DNA of 64,000 nucleotides from an uncultured bacterium (GTDB lineage Bacteria; Spirochaetota; Spirochaetia; Sphaerochaetales; Sphaerochaetaceae). The position numbers were made by a program, and so were the translations under genes. Positions 18,705-27,214 of this stretch are shown here, piece after piece (the stretch's first letter is position 1; each line of letters starts with the position of its first letter). The notes below the pieces were generated by a model. That model was not told the origin of the DNA. It ran no database searches and was given only the letters and a program-made list of their open reading frames with translations. The stretch is from the NCBI GenBank assembly GCA_905215015.1, contig CAJMOS010000004.1, forward strand, positions 1,050 to 65,049, written 5' to 3'.

Positions 18705-19295
18705 TCAGGCCTGGAAAAGGGCCTTGAGCTGGCTCTTGAAGCGTGTCAAGGCTCCCATGTACTGGGCGTCGAGCTTCTTCAGGGTCGCATCCAGCATCTT
18801 GAGGAAATCGGGGTCCTGTTCCGGTTGCAGGGTGATGTCCTGCCCGTACTGCTGGCGTAGCTGCGCCTGCTTCTGCTCGAGACGCGGGGCGTACTGTTGC
18901 TTGACCTGGTCGGTGATATCGTCCTGCTGTTGCAGGTACTGGTCGAAAAACTGGCCGATCTGCTCCAGCCCTTGGTCGAGGCCCGGATTGCCGAGGACGC
19001 TGGCCAGCTGGCGTACCCTCTGGAAGGGTTGCTGGTAGTCCTTCGTCATCGGAAGGCTGATGTTGTCCAGGATGACGGCAAGTACCCCTTCAAGCGTAGT
19101 GTCCTTGTCCTTCGCCGGAATCTTGTCCAGCTCTGCTGCCAGGTCTTTGGGACTCTGCTGATAATCGGAAAGGAAGTTCGCGGCAAGTTTTCTGCCTGCC
19201 TGCACTTTCTCGTCATGTGCTATTTTCTCGGTATCGACCTGGATGTCCTTGGTCTTTTCCAGGGCGAGTTCCCATGCGGATTTGATGCGTGCCAT
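18705..19295 (-). CDS. Hypothetical protein (helical, Q/K/D/L-rich)
   Basis: The start is moved to ATG 19295 (MARIKSAWELALEK), which is preceded by AAGAGG 5 nt upstream. The sequence has coding-like composition, and I recognise no family. Confidence 0.55.
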   Translation of the reverse strand: MARIKSAWELALEKTKDIQVDTEKIAHDEKVQAGRKLAANFLSDYQQSPKDLAAELDKIPAKDKDTTLEGVLAVILDNISLPMTKDYQQPFQRVRQLASVLGNPGLDQGLEQIGQFFDQYLQQQDDITDQVKQQYAPRLEQKQAQLRQQYGQDITLQPEQDPDFLKMLDATLKKLDAQYMGALTRFKSQLKALFQA

Positions 19296-19369
19296 AATTG
19301 CCTCTTTTGTCAAAGATAGGAAGAAACTCTCCCTTGGACAAGTGGTTTGATTCTGCTAGCATTGCCGGT

Positions 19370-20053
19370 ATGGATATCGCTCAGAACATCATTTACCTGT
19401 TCGATTTGTTCGGCACCGTCATCTTCGCGATCACCGGTGCGGTGAAAGGGGTTCGGTGCAAACTGGATTTCCTTGGCGTCATCGTCTTCGCCTGCACGGT
19501 AGGTTGCGGGGGAGGGATGCTTCGCGACGTGCTGATTGGCTGTACCCCGGTCGCAGCCTTCTCCAATGGCGCCTACATCACCGTCAGCGCCCTGACCGGC
19601 TTGGTCGTCTTCTTTTGCGCGCCAAAGATCGTCAACCGCTGGAACATCATCGTCTACTGTGACGCACTTGGCCTTGGGGTCTTCACTGCCATCGGAGTCG
19701 CCAAGGGCGCCCAGTATGGCATCGGGCCTGTAGGGCAGCTCCTCTGCGGAGTCTTTACCGCGGTTGGGGGAGGAGTGATCCGTGATATCATGAGCAAGTC
19801 GGTACCGGTGGTGCTGACCAGCGATTTCTATGCTACGGCGAGCCTGGTCGGAGGTCTCCTCTACCTGTTGCTGGAGAAAACCCCGCTTCCCCTGTTCGCC
19901 AATTTCCTGATTTGTACGGTGACGGTGGTCACCCTGCGCATTCTTGCCGTCGCCAACCACATCCATCTGCCGGTGGCAAACGTCCGTCTGCCTGACGAGG
20001 ACGACTGGCGCCTGTTCCACGGACACTCGAGGAGAGAACAACATGGAAACTGA
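19370..20053 (+). CDS. Trimeric intracellular cation channel-like membrane protein (UPF0126/YadS family)
   Basis: The start is ATG 19370 (MDIAQNIIYLFDLFGTVIFAITGA). It contains two repeats of the glycine-rich UPF0126 motif (GCGGGMLRDVLIG and AVGGGVIRDIM). Confidence 0.75.
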   Translation: MDIAQNIIYLFDLFGTVIFAITGAVKGVRCKLDFLGVIVFACTVGCGGGMLRDVLIGCTPVAAFSNGAYITVSALTGLVVFFCAPKIVNRWNIIVYCDALGLGVFTAIGVAKGAQYGIGPVGQLLCGVFTAVGGGVIRDIMSKSVPVVLTSDFYATASLVGGLLYLLLEKTPLPLFANFLICTVTVVTLRILAVANHIHLPVANVRLPDEDDWRLFHGHSRREQHGN

Positions 20054-21203
20054 GCAAGTGTACTATGCATACCCATATCAGAAGGAAATCGATGCCAGGG
20101 TGCTTGCCGTTGACGGCCTCGAGGTAATCCTCGACCGGACGATCTGCTATCCCGAAGGGGGTGGACAGCCGGGAGACCGCGGCACCATGGGAGAAAGCAG
20201 GATCCTCGACACCCGCAAGAGCGGGGAAGGCGCAATCCTCCACAAAGTCGACCGCGTCACCTTCCAGGTGGGCGATACCGTACGGGTGAAGCTGGACTGG
20301 AACCATCGCCACTTCTACATGCAAGCCCATACCGCCCAGCACATGATAAGCGGCATCCTTTTCTCTAGGCACCAAATCGGCACTGTCGCCATCCATGAAG
20401 GCGAAGAAATCCTGACGGTGGAGACCGACAGCGGCAGGGTGGATGCGTCGCTCTGCCTTCAGCTGGAGGATGAGGTGAACCGTGCGGTCCTCGAAGGCCA
20501 CGATGTCCATTACGAGCAACTTTCCCGTGCCGAGGCGTTGGAGCGCAACCTGCGCCGGTCAATCAAGGTGGAAGGTGACGCCATCCGGCTGGTGGTGATC
20601 GAGGGTGTGGACGAAATCGCCTGCGGGGGCTTGCATGTGGCGAACACCCGCGAGGTGGAGCTGGTCCAGTATGTGGGGCAGGAGGTGATCCGGGGCCATG
20701 TCAGGCTGATTTTCCGGGTTGCCGCGCGAGCCAGAGAGGAAATCCGTCACAACCGTGCTCTGGTAGGCCAACTGGGCACGCTGTTCAGCGCCCAGAGCGA
20801 TACCCTATTGCAGGCGGCTGAGGATGCCATGCATGCATACCACCAGCTGAAAGCTGACATGAACCATCTCCGAGAGCAGGTTGCCAAGGCCGACTGGGCC
20901 GCGTTGCCTGGCGGGGTGGTGACCCTCGATATTACCGGGAAACCTTACGAGCTGAAGGATCTGGCGGGTGCCGTCGACGGCGGTCGGGACATGGCCCTCT
21001 TGGCTGTGAAGAGGGAAGGCGGCGCGCTCAAGTGGCTGGTCGCCTGCACCGGCACATACCGGGACTTTGACTTCAACGCCCATCGGGCCGAGTTGCTTGC
21101 GCCGGTCTCTGGCAAGGGAGGGGGAAGGGCGCCACTGTACCAAGGCTCTGCCTTGGGGGAACGGGAAACGTTCTTCAGGCTCTTCCGCGGGCTTTTCTCA
21201 TGA
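20043..21203 (+). CDS. AlaX-type alanyl-tRNA editing protein (AlaRS second additional domain)
   Basis: The start is ATG 20043 (METEQVYYAYPY). It has the zinc-binding editing motifs HTAQH (HxxxH) and CGGLHV (CxxxH), and a C-terminal DHHA1-like tail with GGGRAPLYQG. Confidence 0.72.
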   Translation: METEQVYYAYPYQKEIDARVLAVDGLEVILDRTICYPEGGGQPGDRGTMGESRILDTRKSGEGAILHKVDRVTFQVGDTVRVKLDWNHRHFYMQAHTAQHMISGILFSRHQIGTVAIHEGEEILTVETDSGRVDASLCLQLEDEVNRAVLEGHDVHYEQLSRAEALERNLRRSIKVEGDAIRLVVIEGVDEIACGGLHVANTREVELVQYVGQEVIRGHVRLIFRVAARAREEIRHNRALVGQLGTLFSAQSDTLLQAAEDAMHAYHQLKADMNHLREQVAKADWAALPGGVVTLDITGKPYELKDLAGAVDGGRDMALLAVKREGGALKWLVACTGTYRDFDFNAHRAELLAPVSGKGGGRAPLYQGSALGERETFFRLFRGLFS

Positions 21204-21787
21204 AGCATTCCTACGTGGGCGAGGATGGCAAGCTGGACTTCAAGGGGTTGCTTTTCAGCACACTCTTCTGGATTCCCCTCACCATCCTTCTGATTTGGAT
21301 TGAGGTGGTCGTGGTACGCCACAGCGGCATCCAGGACAATCCCAGGGTCGACGCCTTTTTGAACACGTACGGCCTGTTCGGCATCGGCATCTTCGTCTGG
21401 CTCGTCGACATGCTGATCGTCCCGTTGACAGTCGACGTCGTCTGGCCTTTTGTGCTCGGGTATCCGGCTTGGCAGGCGGTGCTGATTCTTGCCATCCCTT
21501 CAGCCTGTGGAGGGTATTGCGGCTACTGGATCGGCCGTCTCTTGCAACATATTCCCTTGGTCGGACGGATTGCCGGCAAGTTGACCCATTCCAAATGGGG
21601 ACCGGTGATGGTGCGCTATGGCGCCTTCGGTGTCTTTCTCGGGGCGCTGACCCCGATTCCTTTCACCACCGTCAGCTGGACGGCGGGGATGCTCCATGTC
21701 GACCCGAAGAGCACGCTGGCGGCCTGCTTCATCGGCAGGCTGCTCAGGATGGTGGTCTATCTGGTCTTTGTCTATTTAGTCGCCTAA
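21200..21787 (+). CDS. Small polytopic membrane protein (YqaA/DedA-VTT-like)
   Basis: 195 aa with about 5 hydrophobic helices. It is coupled to the alaX-like gene by an ATGA overlap. The family call rests on topology and size only. Confidence 0.5.
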   Translation: MKHSYVGEDGKLDFKGLLFSTLFWIPLTILLIWIEVVVVRHSGIQDNPRVDAFLNTYGLFGIGIFVWLVDMLIVPLTVDVVWPFVLGYPAWQAVLILAIPSACGGYCGYWIGRLLQHIPLVGRIAGKLTHSKWGPVMVRYGAFGVFLGALTPIPFTTVSWTAGMLHVDPKSTLAACFIGRLLRMVVYLVFVYLVA

Positions 21788-23179
21788 GGCCTGCCTGCAG
21801 AGGGCGATGATGCTTTCCGTGCGCTGGGGCGCCAGGCCCACGTAATCGTCGGCATTGAGGAAGGCGGCGATTTTCGCCGGATCCATGAACCGCAGGATCC
21901 GCGGGTCGCTTTCCAGCAGCCGGGCGAGCGGGTTTGCCTTTCCGTTCTGTACCTCGTCCCAGGCTTTCAGGGAGTTTTCCCTGATGACCTCGTGCATCTC
22001 CTGTCGGTCTGCCCCGGCGCGGCCAAGCTCCATCAGCAACCGCTCGCTGGCGGCGAAGATCCCGTAGGTCTGCATGTTCCGCCTGACCGCCGGCATGTGG
22101 ATGACCATGCCGGAAAGAAGCTTGCTGGCTGTCTTGACCATCTCGTCGCTGGCGAGGAACAGGGCAGGGATGATCATGCGGCGGTTTGCCGAGTCATCCA
22201 GTGTCCGTTCCAGAATCATCGCGGAATTGTTCTGCCACAGGGCGTTGACCTGGCTTTCCACGTAGCGCGCGAGGCTGTCGATCTTTTCGTTGTTGATCGG
22301 GTTGCGCTTGAACGGCATGGCGCTGGAGCCCACCTGCTTCTTGCCGAAGGGCTCGGACCACTCGCCGATGGGGGGCGACATCAGAAGCCGGAAGTCCAGC
22401 GAGAAACGGCTCAGCGTGGTCGCGAGGTTCATGATCGCCTCCCCGACGCGCAGGTCCTGCTTGCGGGGATATACCTGGGTGGCTGCCGGGAATGCAGGGA
22501 TGCCAAGGCGGTCCATGATCCTGTCTTCCAGCTTCTGTGCGTCCATCGCGCATCCCTTCATCAGTTCCACATAGCTTGCCGATGTGCCGACCGCCCCCTT
22601 CATCCCCTTGCCCTTGATGTCGTCCCTGACCCGCCTCAGGTCGTCAAGGTCATGGAGCAGATCCTGGGCGGTCTGGGCGAAGCGGTAGCCGATGGTGGTG
22701 GGCTCGGCGGGCTGGATGTGGGTGAACGCCATGCAGGGTACAGCCTTGTACTCCTCCATCTTGTCGACGAAGAGGGAAAGCAGGGACTCGACCTTGCGGG
22801 TCAAGAGCCCGAGCGCTTCCTTCAGACGGATGGCATCGGCATTGTCCTCGATGTCCATGCTGGTGGCCCCAAGGTGGATGATCGCTCCGGCGGTGGGGCA
22901 CTGCGCGGCGTACGTCTTGATTTCCGCCATCAGGTCGTGATGCAGCTCGGCCTCCCACTTCGCGGCAGTGTCGATGTCGATGTCCTCGGCATGTTCCCTG
23001 AGCTCGGCGACCTGGCTTTTCCTGACCAGTCCTGCCTCGCACTCGGTTTGCGCCAAGGCGATCCAGACCTTGCGGAACAGGATGCGTCTATGCCTCTCGC
23101 TGAAAAGGGCTCGCATCTCCTCGCTGCCGTAACGCCAGGTCAGCGGAGAAATAAAAGTGTCGTGGGTAAACGTGGCCAT
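21776..23179 (-). CDS. purB: Adenylosuccinate lyase
   Basis: 467 aa with the fumarate-lyase signature GSSAMPFKRNP, and N-terminal SPLTWRYGSEEM typical of PurB. Confidence 0.9.
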   Translation of the reverse strand: MATFTHDTFISPLTWRYGSEEMRALFSERHRRILFRKVWIALAQTECEAGLVRKSQVAELREHAEDIDIDTAAKWEAELHHDLMAEIKTYAAQCPTAGAIIHLGATSMDIEDNADAIRLKEALGLLTRKVESLLSLFVDKMEEYKAVPCMAFTHIQPAEPTTIGYRFAQTAQDLLHDLDDLRRVRDDIKGKGMKGAVGTSASYVELMKGCAMDAQKLEDRIMDRLGIPAFPAATQVYPRKQDLRVGEAIMNLATTLSRFSLDFRLLMSPPIGEWSEPFGKKQVGSSAMPFKRNPINNEKIDSLARYVESQVNALWQNNSAMILERTLDDSANRRMIIPALFLASDEMVKTASKLLSGMVIHMPAVRRNMQTYGIFAASERLLMELGRAGADRQEMHEVIRENSLKAWDEVQNGKANPLARLLESDPRILRFMDPAKIAAFLNADDYVGLAPQRTESIIALCRQALGD

Positions 23180-23229
23180 CGAAAGCCTCCTCGCTCATGG
23201 GCATTGTAGCAGGTTGTCGTGCCTATCGG

Positions 23230-24300
23230 CTACTCGTTGTAGCGGATCGACTCCCAGGCGGTGTTGTAGTCGTAGATGGTCTCGCCCAGGTCTTCCTTCA
23301 GCTCGCAGTTCTTCAGCTGGTCGACCGTGTAGAAGGGGGTGGTGGTACGGTACTTGTCCGCCTCCTGGTTGACGCTTGCCGGGAAATGGAAACGGTCGAG
23401 GAATTGGGCGTAGTTGGCCGGGTCGTGGAAGTAGTTGATGAACTTCATGGCAAGGTCGTAGTGCTTCGCCCCCTTGGGAATGCAGAAGTTGTCGATGTAC
23501 ATGGGCCCCCCTTCTTCGGGGATGAAGAAGTCGACCTCGTCCCATTTCTCCTCGGGAATCTCCTCGAAGACCCCTTCGGCATAGCCCTGCACGACGGCGA
23601 ACTCTCCTTGCTGGAAGCTTTTGGCATAGCCCTCTGCGTCGAACTTGGTCAGGTTGGGCTTCCATTGCTCGTTGACGAGTCTCCGCGCATCTTCCAGTTG
23701 TCCGGGATCCTTGGTGTTGACCGAGTACCCCAGGTACTTCAGGGCGTCACCGAGCACCTCGCGCATGTCGTCCATCATGCACATCCTTCCGGCAAGCCGC
23801 TTGTCTGCGAAGATGCTCCAGTCATGGGGATAGCCGCTGACCTGGTTCCTGTTGACGGCGATGCCGGCAGCACCCATGAAATAGGGGACGCTGTAGTGCA
23901 TGGCATGGTCGTACGTGGCCTTCTCGCGGACCAGGGAGGTGATGTACTGCTGGTTCGGAAAGCGCTCCAGGTCGATTGGTTCCAGCATGTCCTGCATCAT
24001 CATGATCGAGACGTAGTCGCCCGAAGGGACGACCAGGTCGTAGCCGCTTCCGGTGCCGGATGCCTTCATCTTGGCGTACATCTCCTCGTTCGATGCGAAG
24101 TAGTCGAGGATGACGGTGCAGCCGTACTCCTTCTCGAAGGCCTCGATGACTCCTTCGGGGGTATAGTAGGACCAGTTGTAGATGTAGAGCTTCTTGTCCT
24201 TCTCGCTTCGGTCCTCGACCGGACCGCTTGCGCGCGAGCAGGAGGCGAGGGAGAGCAGGGCCGCCGCCAACAGGACGGCAAGTCGTGGTTTTGCAAACAT
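23230..24300 (-). CDS. potD: Spermidine/putrescine-type ABC substrate-binding protein (PotD/PotF family), orphan
   Basis: It has a lipoprotein-like signal (LLSLASCS) and PotD-like blocks (LYIYNWSYYTPEGVIEAFEKEYG; DLVVPSGDY). No potABC genes are adjacent. Confidence 0.75.
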   Translation of the reverse strand: MFAKPRLAVLLAAALLSLASCSRASGPVEDRSEKDKKLYIYNWSYYTPEGVIEAFEKEYGCTVILDYFASNEEMYAKMKASGTGSGYDLVVPSGDYVSIMMMQDMLEPIDLERFPNQQYITSLVREKATYDHAMHYSVPYFMGAAGIAVNRNQVSGYPHDWSIFADKRLAGRMCMMDDMREVLGDALKYLGYSVNTKDPGQLEDARRLVNEQWKPNLTKFDAEGYAKSFQQGEFAVVQGYAEGVFEEIPEEKWDEVDFFIPEEGGPMYIDNFCIPKGAKHYDLAMKFINYFHDPANYAQFLDRFHFPASVNQEADKYRTTTPFYTVDQLKNCELKEDLGETIYDYNTAWESIRYNE

Positions 24301-24388
24301 GGCAAAACCTCCTGACGGGAAATAGCCGGCACACTACGTGTGCGTACTCTGCATACCTATCCTATCAGGGGCGTTCAGTCAAGCGGTT

Positions 24389-25108
24389 TCATCCCCGGTT
24401 GTCGATGATCCACATGTTGGCCTTCTTCCAGCGCTGCATTTCCGCTTTGGTCAGCAGCAGCTGGCTCTTCCATTCCTCGGTCGGTTTCTGGGGGTTCAGC
24501 GTGATCAGGCACTTGATGGCGCAGGGGCAGAGGTCGGCAGAGGAGATGCTGCACAGGATTCCCTTGGTCACGTCGCGCACCTCAAGAGGGTTGAAGATGT
24601 ACAGCAGCGCCTCCTCCAGGGCGTTGTACTTGTTGGTGAAGGTGAAGCGGATCAGCATGTCGCTGTACATGACCTTGCCGGTATAGTAGAGCATGCTGTT
24701 GCGCCCGGTCTGGGTGACCGCGCTGATGGCGAGGGTGGCGTCGTAGGTGCCTTGGTTCTCGCCGGTCCGGTGGATGTCGATGATGCCGTCCTTCAGCCGG
24801 TTGTAACGTCCGTCGAAGAAATAGAAATACATCCGGTCAGCTTGGTAGAAGGAGCTGGTGGTCACCCGCTGTGCGGCGAGCAGTGCGGGTTCTGCGGGGG
24901 GCGATTCCGCCAATTGGGAGATGGGGACATGGAGCACCTCGCTTATCTTTGTCAGGGTCTCGATATCGATGACGATTTCACCGCTCTCGTACTTGCTGAC
25001 TGTCGCCCTGCTCTTGTAGATTTGGTCTGCAAGTTCTTGCAGGGTCATGCCTTGTTCTTTACGGAAACTCCGGATTCTTCCCCCAATCACGCTACTCAGA
25101 GTACTCAT
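24389..25108 (-). CDS. XRE-family HTH regulator with an uncharacterised C-terminal domain
   Basis: It has an N-terminal Cro/C1 HTH (IRSFRKEQGMTLQELADQIYKSRATVSKYESGE) followed by about 160 aa with no motif I recognise. It is divergent from brnQ. Confidence 0.75.
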   Translation of the reverse strand: MSTLSSVIGGRIRSFRKEQGMTLQELADQIYKSRATVSKYESGEIVIDIETLTKISEVLHVPISQLAESPPAEPALLAAQRVTTSSFYQADRMYFYFFDGRYNRLKDGIIDIHRTGENQGTYDATLAISAVTQTGRNSMLYYTGKVMYSDMLIRFTFTNKYNALEEALLYIFNPLEVRDVTKGILCSISSADLCPCAIKCLITLNPQKPTEEWKSQLLLTKAEMQRWKKANMWIIDNRG

Positions 25109-25120
25109 ACGCCCTCAAAA

Positions 25121-25232
25121 AGTTTCGTATAACTATCCATTCGAGGAGTTTTTCACCTGCAAGGTTCTTACTTCCTCGGATTTCCTGTGAAAATTCTACC
25201 AATAAGAAATTTTTTCCGTCAATAGTTTCGTA
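25121..25232. promoter_or_regulatory. Two copies of AGTTTCGTA in the XRE/brnQ divergent spacer (candidate operator half-sites)
   Basis: Read directly: AGTTTCGTA at 25121-25129 and 25224-25232. A second imperfect repeat is AAGAAATTT..CGTC / AAGAAATTTATCGGTC at about 25204 and 25235. Confidence 0.3.
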
Positions 25233-25306
25233 AAAAGAAATTTATCGGTCCGGCAGGGAAATGGCCGGGGTGATAAGATTGCCAAGCTTGCAAAAAGGAT
25301 GTGGAA

Positions 25307-26689
25307 ATGAAACAAAGACTGAGCGCTCGTGAATATCTCTCGCTGACCAGCATGTTGTTTGGTCTTTTCTTCGGTGCCGGAAACCTGATTTTCCCCGTGT
25401 CGATGGGGCAGTTGGCCGGAAACCAGATCGGACATGCGCTGGTAGGGTTCCTGATTACGGGTGTCGGTCTTCCGTTGCTTGCCGTCATCTCCCTCGGGTT
25501 GACCCGTAGCGAGGGTGTGCTCGACCTTTCCAGCAAGATTGGCCGAAGGTACGGGCTTTTCTTTTCTTGCGCCCTCTATCTGACCATCGGACCCTTCTTC
25601 GCCATCCCTCGTTGCGTCACCGTCCCCTTCGAGGTGGGTGTCGCCCCGCTGCTTCCCCAGTCGGCCAATCCGAAAATGGCGCTTCTGCTGTTCTCGCTGG
25701 TCTATTTTTTGGCCATGCTCTTCTTCTCGCTCAAGCCGGGGAAAATCCTCACGTGGGTCGGCAAGTTCCTCAACCCGCTTTTCCTGGTGGCGATGGGGAC
25801 GCTGGTCGTCACCGCGCTGGTCCATCCCGCGGCCCCGATCTCTTCCATCGCGCCCGAGGCTGCCTATGCCGCCGGTGCCGGGGCCAAGGGTTTTCTGGAA
25901 GGATATAACACGATGGACGCCCTGGCAGGGCTCGCGTTCGGTATCGTCGTGGTCAACGTGATCCGGAGTCTGGGGGTGAAGGAGCCTGAGCATGTGGCCA
26001 CCTGTACCGTCAAGGCAGGTTTGTTCAGTTGCCTGCTGATGGGGGCCATCTACGTTGCTGTCGCCATCATGGGGGCCCAGAGCAGGGGTGTGCTCCCCGC
26101 CGCCGCCAACGGTGGTGCCGCCCTTGGCATGATTGCCCGCTACTATTACCCCGGCTTTGGTTCCACCCTGCTCGCCCTGACGGTCTGCCTCTGCTGCCTG
26201 AAGACGGCCGTCGGCCTGATCACCAGCTGCGCCGAGGCTTTCGGGGAGATGTTTCCCAAGGCAAGGCTCAGCTATCGTGCCTGGGCCATCCTTTTCTGCG
26301 TGGTCACCTTCCTCATTGCCAATTTCGGGCTTTCGACCATCATCAGCTTCTCGTTGCCGGTACTGATGTTCCTCTATCCGCTTTCCATGACCTTGATCAT
26401 CCTGGCTCTGGGAGGACGCTTTTTCCTGAAGGACAAGGTGACGCTCCGCATGGTGACCGGCTTCACGCTGGCTGCCGCGCTTTTCGATTTGGTCGCGGCG
26501 CTTCCCGCCGGACTCCAGAACCCGCTCTTCGGTGCCATGACCGGCTTCGCCCGGCAGTACCTGCCGCTGACTTCCCTTGGATTGGGCTGGCTGCTTCCCG
26601 CCGCTGTTGGCATGGCCATCGGCCAAATCCACCGGCTGTTCGCTTCCAAACGCGCTCTCGAGGCGGAAGAGATTGCGACTGCTGACTGA
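25307..26689 (+). CDS. brnQ: Branched-chain amino acid transport system II carrier
   Basis: The start is set at ATG 25307, with AAAGGA 8 nt upstream. It is a 12-TM protein with the BrnQ/LIVCS start LFGLFFGAGNLIFP. Confidence 0.85.
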   Translation: MKQRLSAREYLSLTSMLFGLFFGAGNLIFPVSMGQLAGNQIGHALVGFLITGVGLPLLAVISLGLTRSEGVLDLSSKIGRRYGLFFSCALYLTIGPFFAIPRCVTVPFEVGVAPLLPQSANPKMALLLFSLVYFLAMLFFSLKPGKILTWVGKFLNPLFLVAMGTLVVTALVHPAAPISSIAPEAAYAAGAGAKGFLEGYNTMDALAGLAFGIVVVNVIRSLGVKEPEHVATCTVKAGLFSCLLMGAIYVAVAIMGAQSRGVLPAAANGGAALGMIARYYYPGFGSTLLALTVCLCCLKTAVGLITSCAEAFGEMFPKARLSYRAWAILFCVVTFLIANFGLSTIISFSLPVLMFLYPLSMTLIILALGGRFFLKDKVTLRMVTGFTLAAALFDLVAALPAGLQNPLFGAMTGFARQYLPLTSLGLGWLLPAAVGMAIGQIHRLFASKRALEAEEIATAD

Positions 26690-26713
26690 TTCTGCTTGCC
26701 ATCTTTCCCTCTT

Positions 26714-26738
26714 AGCCACCGGAAACGGTGGCTTTTTC
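26714..26738 (+). terminator. Rho-independent terminator of brnQ
   Basis: A perfect 8-bp stem AGCCACCG / CGGTGGCT with a GAAA tetraloop, followed by a T-run. Confidence 0.75.
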
Positions 26739-27214
26739 GTGTGTTCGCATGAGCGGTCAACTGGTATTCCGGATTAGTGGTTTCCATATCCCGACCTGGT
26801 GGTGCGGAAAAACCCGGAATCTTCAGCAAGGTGAAAATGCTCTTTAGAGATCTCCCCTTTAGCGTAGCTCTTGTCGATTCTGACTGGTTCCTGGCAGGTG
26901 CCGTTGACGCGATAGACGAAAAAAACCTCTTGCACTGCATGTCAGAGGCGAAGGTCATGAACAACGGTTTCCACCGCCTTGGCGACATTCGCCGTCGGAT
27001 GTCTAATGGCGTCCCAAGTGGATATCAGGGCAAACATGGTTTCCTCCTCCTCCGACGTATGGAATCTCTTGGAGAAGGAGAGGAATCTGTCATCGAGCCA
27101 AGGCCACTCTTCGCCGGCACCTTCACCGACCTGATTTTTCCTAGTCTTGTGTTTTCCACGATGAATGCGCGCATCCTTATGATTGACTCCTTTGTGCGAT
27201 GTTGTTGAAGCGGG

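Noticed and set aside
25196-26719. 507-aa minus-strand ORF covering the whole of brnQ
   Set aside because: Its composition is highly charged and Gly/Arg/Glu/Gln-rich with no domain signature. The + strand frame encodes a textbook 12-TM BrnQ carrier with an SD and a terminator.
26777-27208. 143-aa + strand ORF between brnQ and the island
   Set aside because: It has no SD and no recognisable motif, and it starts with GTG. It spans the composition boundary, and the opposite strand has a more coding-like, though start-less, frame. I treated it as border debris rather than a gene.
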